Sequence record: NC_042136.1
Direction: 5' to 3' (one strand)
Length of the DNA: 64,000 bases
Positions 48,467 through 57,882 of the stretch are shown here, in pieces. The notes beneath the pieces are model-generated. The model saw nothing but the letters and a program-made list of their open reading frames with translations. It was not told the DNA's origin and did no database searches. Position 1 is the stretch's first letter, and each line of letters opens with the position of its first letter. Position numbers and translations under genes: made by a program.

Positions 48467-50569
48467 ATGGAAATCTATAAAATCGAAAACCAAATCTTAC
48501 CAGAAGTGTGCAGTGTCGGTATTAACCTTAGCGTTTCACCACACAATGCTTCGTCTGGTCGTAAGTACATGTTTGGTAACATGATCTCTAAATCGTGCAG
48601 AGCTAAAGGGATCACTAACCGACGTCTTACTTCGGGGTTTGAACGTCAATACGGGGACCATGCTCGTAAGATCGTAGCGCCGTGTAACATGGAAGTAGAG
48701 TTAGTAGTATACCGTAAGTCAATTAACTCTAATGAAGCTCATACCGACGACTGGGGTTCCATACACGTCGTTTACTTTGACGCTGACATGCAACGTTATG
48801 ATGTGTTACATCTACCTAAATATCACACCCATAACTTCTATGTTGGTTTTGAATACCTTTACGAGAAAGAAATGTTGAACCGTTTACGTAAAGGAGCAAC
48901 TTATGCGAAAGGCGAAGTGTTTGCTAAATCACCTGGGATTAGTGATACCGGGGAATGGAAATTTGGATTAGAAACCTTAGTCGCAGGTATGACATTACCA
49001 GCTACCGAAGAAGATGGAATTATGGTGCGTGATGACTACCTAGATCGTCTTATGGTGATGTTTGAACACGTTCGTAAGTTCAGTTGGAATGAAGCTGAGT
49101 ATATTCCGGTTAACCTTTACGGAACACTGGAGAACCCTAAAGCGTTTCCTGAGAACGGTGAACGAGTCCGGGATGATGGTTTGGTAATGGCATTCCGTCG
49201 ACGTGATAGTCATTCTGCTTTAGTCTCGTTAACTAAGAAAGCTCTCATGCGTCCTGACCGACTCTATGACGTTAAGTTCTATGCTCCTCCGGGTTCTGTA
49301 GTAAAGAATATCGAAGTGCGTTCAGAACGCCTTAAGGACCGTTCTAATAACCGTAGAGTAGAGAAGCCTAGTTACCCACACACTAAACTGTTGGAACAAT
49401 ACGAGATCGAAGACAACAACATGTGGTACTCGTTGAAGTCTTGGTATTACCAGCAAACCAAACGTTACGGTAAACATGAAACACTGCCCTTTACCAGTGA
49501 ACTAAATGCTTTCATCTATCAAGCGTTTGGTAATGTGACCAAAGACTATGCTTTAAACAAACCTAACTTCACTAAACGCACACACCGCAATAAGTCTCTA
49601 TTAGACTGGAACGTTAAAGTTACACTTAAAGAAGACGTGGCTGGTAAAGTGCGTTTCAAGCTTTCAGACTGCGTGGGTGGTAAAGGAGTTATAGTTAAAG
49701 TCTTTAAGAAGGAAGACGCTCCCGTAGATGAGTATGGACGTTCACCAGAGATCATCATTAACAACACACCGGCGTTCCGTCGACAAATCTACGCATCTCT
49801 GATGGAAGCATCTATTAACTTTATCAACCTCAACGTTTATGATGAAGTGATGGCGCTTAGAGAGCAAGGAGATTATCGTGGTGCCTTTAAAGTGTTGTGT
49901 CGTTTCTATGAAACTATTTCACCAGAGTTCTATGAGATAGTTAAGAATGTGAGTTCAGCGGACGAGAACTTTATGTTCGAACACATTGACCACATTAAGA
50001 AAGAAGCGATGATCTCGGTACAACGTCGTAGTGATTCGGAAATCGTTGGGGTAGAGGTAATCCGTCGCCTATCAGAGCAATACGGTAATTACAAACCAAC
50101 GTGTGTGACTTACACTAACGAACTAGGAGAACGCGAACGTACACTAGAGCCGGTATTGATCAGTTCTATGTACTATTTATTGTTGGATAAGTTTGGTACA
50201 GAAATGTCTTCGGAGTCATTCCCGAAACGTAATTTGTACGGTTTACCAGCGAAACTGAATGCCAATGATAAATACAACAAATACTACCGTAGTAAGGTTG
50301 ACCGTAATACTGGTGAAACCGAAGGTCGTATCGCGGTATCTCATGAGGGGGGAGAAGAAACGGCTCGTATGTTAACTTTAGCTAACTCACCTGAAGCTGC
50401 TCGTATGGCGATCAAACGTATTATACGTAGCGATGACCCGTTTGCCGTACCAGAAGTCATCAAGAGAGATGAATATAAAACGAACCGTGCTTTACAACTA
50501 AGCATGAACATGTTAACTGACGCTGGTTATGAATTAAGGACTGAAAATGAAAACGATTACTCTGCGTGA
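48467..50569 (+). CDS. Non-virion RNAP beta subunit (phiKZ gp71-73-like), uninterrupted, 700 aa
   Basis: GLETLVAGM..ATEEDG, FKLSDCVGGKGVI, PEIIIN, YYLLLDK and TGETEGR correspond to RpoB conserved regions; start moved to the ATG at 48467. Confidence 0.88.
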   Translation: MEIYKIENQILPEVCSVGINLSVSPHNASSGRKYMFGNMISKSCRAKGITNRRLTSGFERQYGDHARKIVAPCNMEVELVVYRKSINSNEAHTDDWGSIHVVYFDADMQRYDVLHLPKYHTHNFYVGFEYLYEKEMLNRLRKGATYAKGEVFAKSPGISDTGEWKFGLETLVAGMTLPATEEDGIMVRDDYLDRLMVMFEHVRKFSWNEAEYIPVNLYGTLENPKAFPENGERVRDDGLVMAFRRRDSHSALVSLTKKALMRPDRLYDVKFYAPPGSVVKNIEVRSERLKDRSNNRRVEKPSYPHTKLLEQYEIEDNNMWYSLKSWYYQQTKRYGKHETLPFTSELNAFIYQAFGNVTKDYALNKPNFTKRTHRNKSLLDWNVKVTLKEDVAGKVRFKLSDCVGGKGVIVKVFKKEDAPVDEYGRSPEIIINNTPAFRRQIYASLMEASINFINLNVYDEVMALREQGDYRGAFKVLCRFYETISPEFYEIVKNVSSADENFMFEHIDHIKKEAMISVQRRSDSEIVGVEVIRRLSEQYGNYKPTCVTYTNELGERERTLEPVLISSMYYLLLDKFGTEMSSESFPKRNLYGLPAKLNANDKYNKYYRSKVDRNTGETEGRIAVSHEGGEETARMLTLANSPEAARMAIKRIIRSDDPFAVPEVIKRDEYKTNRALQLSMNMLTDAGYELRTENENDYSA

Positions 50570-52532
50570 ATTCGCTAACTTAACTGAACATCAAGTTATC
50601 GGGTGGCGGAAAGATCTTATCAAAGTAAAGGTGGTCGGTGACGAAGGTGACGAATTAGTAAGTAATACCTACGATTTGATCATGACGTGGTATGGATTAG
50701 AACTCCATCGTCGCTATGAACACCTAAACATTCCTTACACTACCAAGGAGATCATACATTGTAAAGTCTACAACGACGCTACGTTACAACGTCCTTTGCA
50801 GTACATGTTAGACATCTTGATGGAGTACGTAAACGATCCCGTGGAAGCGGACTTAATTAAACAGATCGTCTATGTTTGGCATTTTAAGATCAATAACATT
50901 TTGGTATACCTCGGGTCTCCCGGGGTTATCTCTGCTACCGCAGAAGACGTTATGGAGGTCTTTAATCATCCTAAGATCGCGGACATCCGTGAACGTTTAA
51001 GAAAATGTAAGATCAACTATGATGAAGCAGAAGAAGAATTCAAGCAAACGGTACTTCATGAACCAACGTTAGATTTTTCTACTTTCATCATGCAAGCTCG
51101 TACAGGTGCGGTGTCGATCAACCAAGGTTTCCAAACGTTCATATCTCGTGGTGCTTGTTTTGATTTGAACAACCGAATCATGCCAAACCCTATTGAACCG
51201 TCCTTCGCTGAAGGTATTACTAACCTAGCAGATATCCTAGCGGAATCTCGTTCGGCAGGTAAAGCACTGGTCTCAAACGGTAAGGCGCTAGAAGACTCGG
51301 AATGGTTCCACCGTAAGGTACACTTAACCGCATCACCGGTCAAGGACATCGATCATTACCATGATTGTGGTACGGATACTTTAGTTCCTATCGTCTTAAA
51401 GTCTAAAGCTTTGATAAACTCTTTAGCCGGTAAATATTACAAAGGTGAGGATGATCAATTAAAGTTATTAACCAGAGAACGATTAAAGGAACTCAAAGTA
51501 GGAGATACTATCCGAATCCGTTCTATGCAGTTTTGTCGTAACGAGAAAGCACCATGTGCAGTTTGTTATGGTCAAATGCGTATGTCGGTACCTTATAACG
51601 TTATCATGCGTAAATCGGCTAACCCGGGGATGCTCAGTGGCACAGCAGTGGCAGAGCCTATCGGTCAAGGTATGTTGTCAACTAAACACTTTATGCGACA
51701 TGTACAAGCGGTACCTTTCATGGTAATGTCGGGTGACGAGGAATACATCACTACGGATGGTGATAACATTTTCTTGAAACCAGAAGTCGTTAAAGCGAAT
51801 ACCCGCATTCAACTTCCGGTAAGTATGATCAGTGAACTTACCGACTTGCGTTCTATGGAGAACTTAGACGAAATCCAAGACGATCAATTGACGTGTTTCC
51901 CAACACTGACGTTGACGTATGAAATGGAAGACCCTATGTTACCGGGAACCAAGACACAAACCACGGTGCACTTAGACACACAAGTGAGTTCACGTCAAGC
52001 GAGAATGTCCCCAGCGTTCATCGAATACGCGATCAATAAAGGTTGGGAGAAAACCAAGAAGTATTTGGAAATCGATATCAATGAGTTTGATCACACTGAG
52101 GCTTTGCTAACCCTGCCTTATGTGTATGAAGACTTGGATAAATACCGCAGTGAAATCGAATCGTTCCTAGCGTTGTCACGACGCAATAAAGCTTGGCGAG
52201 ATACTCAAGTTACACCTGAGTTCTTTGGTCAAGTGATGGTGGACTTCTGGACCTTGATCGACCGTAAGTTCAAGAACATCAACATGGTACATATAGAAAC
52301 TCTATTGCATGCCACCACAGCTGTAGCGCCTAGTGAGGGATTGTATAGATTGCCTGTGGGGGACGAACCACGGTACTTCATCCCATTTAAGAATGCGATT
52401 GAGAACCGTGGGTTTGGTAGCTTGATGATTTATCAAGGGCAACCTAAAGTCATCGAAGCACCCTCTACCTTTTATGTGAAAGAGCGTCAAGCCACGGCAA
52501 TGGAGTGTTTCTTTACTAACTCTGTTAATTAG
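50547..52532 (+). CDS. Non-virion RNAP beta' C-terminal subunit (phiKZ gp74-like), 661 aa
   Basis: Bridge-helix region ESRSAGKALVSNGKALEDSEWFHRK, DCGT, RSMQFC..CAVCYG and trigger loop AEPIGQGMLSTKH. Confidence 0.88.
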   Translation: MKTITLREFANLTEHQVIGWRKDLIKVKVVGDEGDELVSNTYDLIMTWYGLELHRRYEHLNIPYTTKEIIHCKVYNDATLQRPLQYMLDILMEYVNDPVEADLIKQIVYVWHFKINNILVYLGSPGVISATAEDVMEVFNHPKIADIRERLRKCKINYDEAEEEFKQTVLHEPTLDFSTFIMQARTGAVSINQGFQTFISRGACFDLNNRIMPNPIEPSFAEGITNLADILAESRSAGKALVSNGKALEDSEWFHRKVHLTASPVKDIDHYHDCGTDTLVPIVLKSKALINSLAGKYYKGEDDQLKLLTRERLKELKVGDTIRIRSMQFCRNEKAPCAVCYGQMRMSVPYNVIMRKSANPGMLSGTAVAEPIGQGMLSTKHFMRHVQAVPFMVMSGDEEYITTDGDNIFLKPEVVKANTRIQLPVSMISELTDLRSMENLDEIQDDQLTCFPTLTLTYEMEDPMLPGTKTQTTVHLDTQVSSRQARMSPAFIEYAINKGWEKTKKYLEIDINEFDHTEALLTLPYVYEDLDKYRSEIESFLALSRRNKAWRDTQVTPEFFGQVMVDFWTLIDRKFKNINMVHIETLLHATTAVAPSEGLYRLPVGDEPRYFIPFKNAIENRGFGSLMIYQGQPKVIEAPSTFYVKERQATAMECFFTNSVN

Positions 52533-52540
52533 GAGGCAAC

Positions 52541-54667
52541 ATGCGCTCAACCGTAACGGTATGGAAGGGCGGGACTTACCTAAGAATAACAGACTACAAA
52601 GCGCCGTTCGTGCAAGATGTCATTATGCCGTTTTGCCGACGTCGCTTGTATCGTTTAGGAAAGGTACCTATACCCGGTACTCGACAAAAACGAACGGTAG
52701 TCACGCATTCTTTTGCTCGCATGAATAACGACCGTAGTGAATTCCGTATCTCAGCGGGCTTATTAGAAGACTTCATCCAGTTCATGGAAGGTGTCGGATA
52801 TAAAGAAGCTCGCGTGAAGATTAAAGACGAACCGGTTATTAAAGGGAAAGACGTAGAGTTCAAGTGGAAAGAGGGTTGGGGTGAACCTAGACCACATCAG
52901 GTTGATTGGTGTGAGTACCAATTACAGAATGGTCCGGTTAAGGTAAACAACGCTCAAACAGGTGATGGGAAAGCGCAACCACTGTACTCCAAAGTCTTAA
53001 CACCACATGGTTTTGTTAAGATGGGTGATATCCGTTTAGGTGATGAAGTCATTGCTAAAGACGGGACCCCAAGTAGAGTCACCGGGGTGTACCCTCAAGG
53101 GCTAAAACCCATTCACAAAGTGTTGTTGTCAGACGACCGTGTAATTGAGTGTGCAGACGAGCACTTATGGACGGTCTACCACAATGATGAATGGAAAACC
53201 TTGCAAGCTCAAGAGATTCGAGAGACTCTCCGAAAAGGTGAGCGTTACCACTTACCTCTGTTTGTAGGGAATCCGATTTCTCAGGCCGAGTTGGATCGCA
53301 TTAGCACCAAACCGACTTATGAAGAACGTTCGGACTCGTTTGAACACCTGATTAAGATCCGTGATTTGTTCCACGCCGCTGGCGGTACTGCTTCAGTACG
53401 TCGTGATCGCGGAACATGGTTGTTGAAAGCTACCCGATACACCAAAGATCCGAAAGCACTGGAGATCGTAGACATTACGATCAGTGGTAAGACGGAGATG
53501 CAGTGTATTGAGATCGATCACCCAGAACACCTCTATGTGACTGATCGCTATGTAGTGACACACAACACCTTCATGGCGACTCACACCATGGTGAACACCG
53601 GTAAGCGTACATTAATTACGTGTTTACCTCGTTACACCTCTATTTGGTTCGAGTCACTTGGTGCGGCTGTTGAACTGAATCCAGAAGACATCATGTTGGT
53701 GGGGAACGGTAAGATCGAAGAAGCAGCAGAGACCATTAAGTCTGGTCGAGCGGACCCTAAGATCATCATCCTTCCCCTCACTCGTTACGATACGTATCTG
53801 AAGCGAGAACGTGAAGAAGACATCCCTTGTTTGGATGAAGTCTTTACTGACATGGAGATCGGATTCCGTATCATGGATGAAGCACACGAAGATATTTATC
53901 GTGTGTATATGTCTATGTTGTTCGGTAACTTTGAGAAAACCATCGCGTTGTCTGCCACCTTAAAGGCGGATGACCCGTTCGTGAATGACATCTATCGTTA
54001 TGTCTATCCGTACAAAATGCGACTCAAAGAGCCAGAGTACAAAAAGTACATCGACGTTATTGCGTATCATCACTACATTGATATGCAGAAATACCGAATC
54101 AACACCAAAGGCTTTGGTGGGTATTCTCACGTCAAGTACGAACAAGCCATAATGAAGACCCCGAAACTCTATTTGCAATACTTAGAGTTGTGCAAGCAAG
54201 CTTTCGAAGAATTCTACGTGAATGATCACAAAGAAGGACAAAAGTGTTTGTGGTTCTTTAGTACGGTGGAAATGGCAACTCGGATGAAAGAGGACTTCGA
54301 GAAAGCGTATCCGGACATGGATATCTGGAAGTTCACTAACGCCGAGTCTAAGAACAAAGAGACAGAAATGTCTTATATGGAACACCAAGTCGTGTTTACC
54401 ACACCGCAGTCTTGTGGTACTGGTAAGGACATTCCAGACTTGGCGGTGGCCTTCAGTCCTTATGCTTGTTCATCCCGTCAACGCAACGACCAGATGTTAG
54501 GTCGTACCCGTCCGTTGAAGAACTACCCGGGCGACAGTCCGAAGTTCGTCTACTTTGTGTGTACTTCGATCCCTAAACAGAAAGAGTACCATCAAAAACG
54601 GAAAGAACTGTTCGCAGTGAAATCAAAAACACATAAGAACATTAATTCGTTCCACCATATCGTGTAA
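52541..54667 (+). CDS. Superfamily 2 helicase (phiKZ gp75-like) containing an intein
   Basis: Q-motif PRPHQ, Walker A AQTGDGK|T after splicing, IMDEAH, LSAT, GTGKDIPDL and QMLGR motifs. Confidence 0.9.
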   Translation: MRSTVTVWKGGTYLRITDYKAPFVQDVIMPFCRRRLYRLGKVPIPGTRQKRTVVTHSFARMNNDRSEFRISAGLLEDFIQFMEGVGYKEARVKIKDEPVIKGKDVEFKWKEGWGEPRPHQVDWCEYQLQNGPVKVNNAQTGDGKAQPLYSKVLTPHGFVKMGDIRLGDEVIAKDGTPSRVTGVYPQGLKPIHKVLLSDDRVIECADEHLWTVYHNDEWKTLQAQEIRETLRKGERYHLPLFVGNPISQAELDRISTKPTYEERSDSFEHLIKIRDLFHAAGGTASVRRDRGTWLLKATRYTKDPKALEIVDITISGKTEMQCIEIDHPEHLYVTDRYVVTHNTFMATHTMVNTGKRTLITCLPRYTSIWFESLGAAVELNPEDIMLVGNGKIEEAAETIKSGRADPKIIILPLTRYDTYLKREREEDIPCLDEVFTDMEIGFRIMDEAHEDIYRVYMSMLFGNFEKTIALSATLKADDPFVNDIYRYVYPYKMRLKEPEYKKYIDVIAYHHYIDMQKYRINTKGFGGYSHVKYEQAIMKTPKLYLQYLELCKQAFEEFYVNDHKEGQKCLWFFSTVEMATRMKEDFEKAYPDMDIWKFTNAESKNKETEMSYMEHQVVFTTPQSCGTGKDIPDLAVAFSPYACSSRQRNDQMLGRTRPLKNYPGDSPKFVYFVCTSIPKQKEYHQKRKELFAVKSKTHKNINSFHHIV
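52973..53566 (+). mobile_element. Class 3 mini-intein, 198 aa (residues 145-342)
   Basis: Starts AQPLYSKVLTPHG; block B ADEHLW, block F MQCIEI, block G VVTHN, +1 Thr; W-C-T triplet; only a remnant of a LAGLIDADG domain. Confidence 0.88.
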
Positions 54668-54699
54668 CCCTAAATATCGGTCCGAAATTTATTCGGACC

Positions 54700-54715
54700 G
54701 ATATTATCTAAGTGT
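54700..54715 (+). promoter_or_regulatory. Early promoter motif overlapping a 14-bp inverted repeat
   Basis: GATATTAT-cta-AGTGT; inverted repeat at 54673-54705. Confidence 0.55.
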
Positions 54716-54734
54716 ATTCCACAGAGGGCATCTC

Positions 54735-55079
54735 ATGTCACTAAACCAAGTTAGTATAGTGTTGAACCTCCCAATCAATGCTACCTATTACCCGTTGTTT
54801 AAAGATGAAAATGCTTTAAAGTTCTTAGGGAATGAAATCTTAAAGGATTATGGTAAAGAAGCCGTGATCGAACACGACGACATCGAAGAATGGAAAATGA
54901 ACCTACTTGCTGATTTAGCCAAGGTACTTATGTCCGAAGAAGATGGTCGTATTTTCTTATCGCAACTCAGCCGAGCTTACACAGAACAACAGGTGTTAAA
55001 AGAGTCAGGAGTCAAAAAGAGTTTAGTTTATTTATTGTTCTGTGACCAACAGGACGATGATAATGATTGCAACGACTGA
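54735..55079 (+). CDS. Hypothetical acidic early protein, 114 aa
   Basis: GAGG RBS after the promoter motif. Confidence 0.7.
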   Translation: MSLNQVSIVLNLPINATYYPLFKDENALKFLGNEILKDYGKEAVIEHDDIEEWKMNLLADLAKVLMSEEDGRIFLSQLSRAYTEQQVLKESGVKKSLVYLLFCDQQDDDNDCND

Positions 55080-55515
55080 TACCTATTTAACGGTTTACGT
55101 TAATATTAACAACCAATGGAACTATCCTTTAGACTCCTTTATGGTTGTTGTCGAACATTTGGTTGATTTTCTCATAGAAGGTAAAATGACACCCGAAGAC
55201 AGTTTAACCAGTCTATCATATTTAGTCGATTACCAAGTCGAATGTACGTACCATCCGGGGATCTCTACGGACCTGTCGGATTACTACATCATGACACAAA
55301 TAGAAAATCGTTTCTTCGAACTCTATGAAACTGCTAAGGAGTTGTTGTCCATCATACTGAGTGAACACCCCGAACTTCGCTCTATGTATACGTTTAACAT
55401 AGAAGACGTCAACATAGTTAAACAAAACGATGAGTGGGCTCTATTGGCAATAACCGGAAAACCTTTCGTAAGGAGCTTGTTATGTCCACCACCGATACCC
55501 CCGCTGTGTACGTGA
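55042..55515 (+). CDS. Hypothetical acidic protein, up to 157 aa
   Basis: Packed operon; start may be a few codons downstream behind AGGA. Confidence 0.65.
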   Translation: MTNRTMIMIATTDTYLTVYVNINNQWNYPLDSFMVVVEHLVDFLIEGKMTPEDSLTSLSYLVDYQVECTYHPGISTDLSDYYIMTQIENRFFELYETAKELLSIILSEHPELRSMYTFNIEDVNIVKQNDEWALLAITGKPFVRSLLCPPPIPPLCT

Positions 55516-55901
55516 ATGTGGTGTTCACACATCTTACACCGAACAATGAGTATATATCACACGAAATGTATCAAATGGCTTTAGGGATACTGTTGTGTGA
55601 TATTTTCTTAACCGGGTCTTACCAGCCCGGTATCATCGCAAGAGCGGTGGAAACCACCATGGGTGAAATGGAAGCAGCGGATGCCGGTCTTACTTATTCT
55701 TATGCGTATGACCAAGTCTACGGTGATCTACACACGTATTTAGAAGACACCATCCATAACCCTATTAACCTTGAACCTTTATCCTCTTTAGTAAGCTTGT
55801 ACGGTACCGGAGAGATCTATACTGTACAGCATTCGTTGTGTAATGCAAGCATTATATTGTTAGTAACACCACAACCAATAAGAAAATTTACCTCTCATTA
55901 A
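55482..55901 (+). CDS. Hypothetical acidic protein, 139 aa
   Basis: Start moved to the ATG at 55482 behind AAGGAG. Confidence 0.7.
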   Translation: MSTTDTPAVYVNVVFTHLTPNNEYISHEMYQMALGILLCDIFLTGSYQPGIIARAVETTMGEMEAADAGLTYSYAYDQVYGDLHTYLEDTIHNPINLEPLSSLVSLYGTGEIYTVQHSLCNASIILLVTPQPIRKFTSH

Positions 55902-55913
55902 GGAACAATTATC

Positions 55914-56360
55914 ATGCAATTCAATCTAATTTCTAACGCACCTCTAGCTGTCAACGAAGCAACTGCTCTTTACTCTACTGAAGTACAAACAGGTCTTTTC
56001 CTTCTAGTGCTAGAAGAACTGGCTGCGGCTAAGCGTTTAGAGTTGGTAGGTGAAGAAAACGTCCCTACTGGTGAAGACGAAGTACCAGACGAACTAGAGA
56101 CGTTAGGTAAGGTTACTCAAATTGCTGAGAACTCAGTAGGCGAATGTCCGGAAGACCGTACCGAAGAAGAACACGAGTCGATGATTGAGATTCTAGTTGA
56201 AGACTTGAACACTCGTCTTAGTAAGATCACCGAAGGTTTCCTATCTAACGAAATCAACTCTGATCAACTTAACGTAATCGCAGGTATCGATTGGTCAACA
56301 CCTAAAGATCTAAGCTGGACGACATCAGAGTCTGGTGGTTTTGTATTTGTACTTGCTTAA
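55914..56360 (+). CDS. Highly acidic small protein, 148 aa
   Basis: AAGGA RBS; about 30 D/E versus about 7 K/R by hand count. Confidence 0.75.
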   Translation: MQFNLISNAPLAVNEATALYSTEVQTGLFLLVLEELAAAKRLELVGEENVPTGEDEVPDELETLGKVTQIAENSVGECPEDRTEEEHESMIEILVEDLNTRLSKITEGFLSNEINSDQLNVIAGIDWSTPKDLSWTTSESGGFVFVLA

Positions 56361-56376
56361 TAAGTTAAACGCATAA

Positions 56377-56410
56377 ATAACTCCGTACTCCCTCAGGAGT
56401 ACGGAGTTAT
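56377..56410. terminator. Bidirectional terminator-like palindrome
   Basis: ATAACTCCGTACTCC/GGAGTACGGAGTTAT arms between convergent units. Confidence 0.7.
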
Positions 56411-56580
56411 AACTGTTCTCATTTTTTTTGATGAAAAAAGTGGGGATGAAACATCCCCAAATATATCCGACCCAACTTAGATCGGACAACCCATCAGAAA
56501 GGACATTTATCATGTCATATAATAGGTATCCAGACATGCCTTAAAACGCCCTGTATGAGCTCAGGTTGAGTTTTAGACAC

Positions 56581-57882
56581 TTATTCGAATAGTTCTCCTA
56601 ATTCGTATTCTCTAACGCTCATACCACTAACGTGCATCCCCTTCATTTTTTGTAGCATGAAGTTTGTCGCGATATCAGAACATTCCATGGAAACACCGTC
56701 TTCAGAACTACCCAAACCCTCACCCAAACAGACCTTACAGAAATTACCCTCACTAGTTTTACAAACGTTAGGAGTGCGCATTCTCACTACTTTACCAACT
56801 AAGTGGTTTTCGTTACCAGACCAAAGTTTAAGTTCGTTCGTACTCGTCATGTAGTAACAACCCGTCCACATGCCTAGTTGGTCTTCAGTCATGGTAACTT
56901 CTTCGTACAAGGTCGTTTTACAATCTTCTTCACTTCTGCTAATACGAGATGTTAAACGCTGGATATCCTTAACCGCAGCACCACCTTCACCCGTTGCTTT
57001 ACCACGGTCATAAGAACCCGCTATCGCAGTGTTGATGTAGTTGTGGAGTTCATCAGGATCCCATCCGTCATCCAACGACTTATGAAGGAATTTGTATTCA
57101 CCCGTGTTCCAGTCTTGCTCAACACCAAATGCGATGAACATGCGTTTACGGGCGTTATCGATGAACTTCTTGTTAATGAAGAAATCTTTAGACGGACCGT
57201 TTAACTGGATCTCCATATCCTTGGCAACTAACTGGTCAATAATCCAAGCGGCTTTGATCGGATCCTTGATAGCATCTGGGTTTTCTTTTAGGAGTTTCTC
57301 TTTCAACTCTAATAGAGCTGGATCAACCGTCAAGGCTTGAGTAGAAGCGGCTTTACAGAAAACGTTGTTCATCCCCATTAAGTAGTTGAATTGACGAGTG
57401 ATCTTAAGACATTCGTCCACACTTGCTTTACCAGCTGGTAAATCTTCACCCTCTTCAGGATTATCTACCATCAACAATTTAATCACCCCTTTAACAAACC
57501 CACCGTTCATTTGTCGGTTATGGTAAGGAGTGCGGTCTTGCAAACACTCGTAGAACACGCAACGGTTAACCAGAAGAATCCCTAAGGTGGTTTCCAGCGG
57601 TTCTTTAACACGAGGGTCAAAGTCTTCGTCAATAGTGATACGTTCATCTTTATAAACAAATGGTTGACTTAGATCACCTTCAACGTAGGTCTTGTCTTCA
57701 GTGTTGTTATTGAAAAAGTAAAATCCATTTTCATCTCGATGTAAAGCGAACATCGTTTTTGATAAACGCTGGTTGGTTTCTTCGTTATCATTGAGTTTAG
57801 TAAAGACACTCAACAACCAAGCTTTTTTCTGATAACAACGTGCTCGGAAACAGAGTTTAAGATACTCATGCTTCTTCATCAT
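56581..57882 (-). CDS. Virion RNAP beta' C-terminal subunit (phiKZ gp80-like), 433 aa
   Basis: SYDRGKATGEGG..KDIQR, EEDCKT, RTPNVC...CKVCLG and MLQKMKGMH match the RpoC bridge helix, Zn site and trigger loop; AAGGAGG RBS places the start at 57882. Confidence 0.85.
   Translation of the reverse strand: MMKKHEYLKLCFRARCYQKKAWLLSVFTKLNDNEETNQRLSKTMFALHRDENGFYFFNNNTEDKTYVEGDLSQPFVYKDERITIDEDFDPRVKEPLETTLGILLVNRCVFYECLQDRTPYHNRQMNGGFVKGVIKLLMVDNPEEGEDLPAGKASVDECLKITRQFNYLMGMNNVFCKAASTQALTVDPALLELKEKLLKENPDAIKDPIKAAWIIDQLVAKDMEIQLNGPSKDFFINKKFIDNARKRMFIAFGVEQDWNTGEYKFLHKSLDDGWDPDELHNYINTAIAGSYDRGKATGEGGAAVKDIQRLTSRISRSEEDCKTTLYEEVTMTEDQLGMWTGCYYMTSTNELKLWSGNENHLVGKVVRMRTPNVCKTSEGNFCKVCLGEGLGSSEDGVSMECSDIATNFMLQKMKGMHVSGMSVREYELGELFE

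Noticed and set aside
48467-50569. A second intron in nvRNAP beta, as in phiKZ gp71-73
   Set aside because: The ORF is continuous with all conserved regions in order and no P/Q/R/S elements were seen
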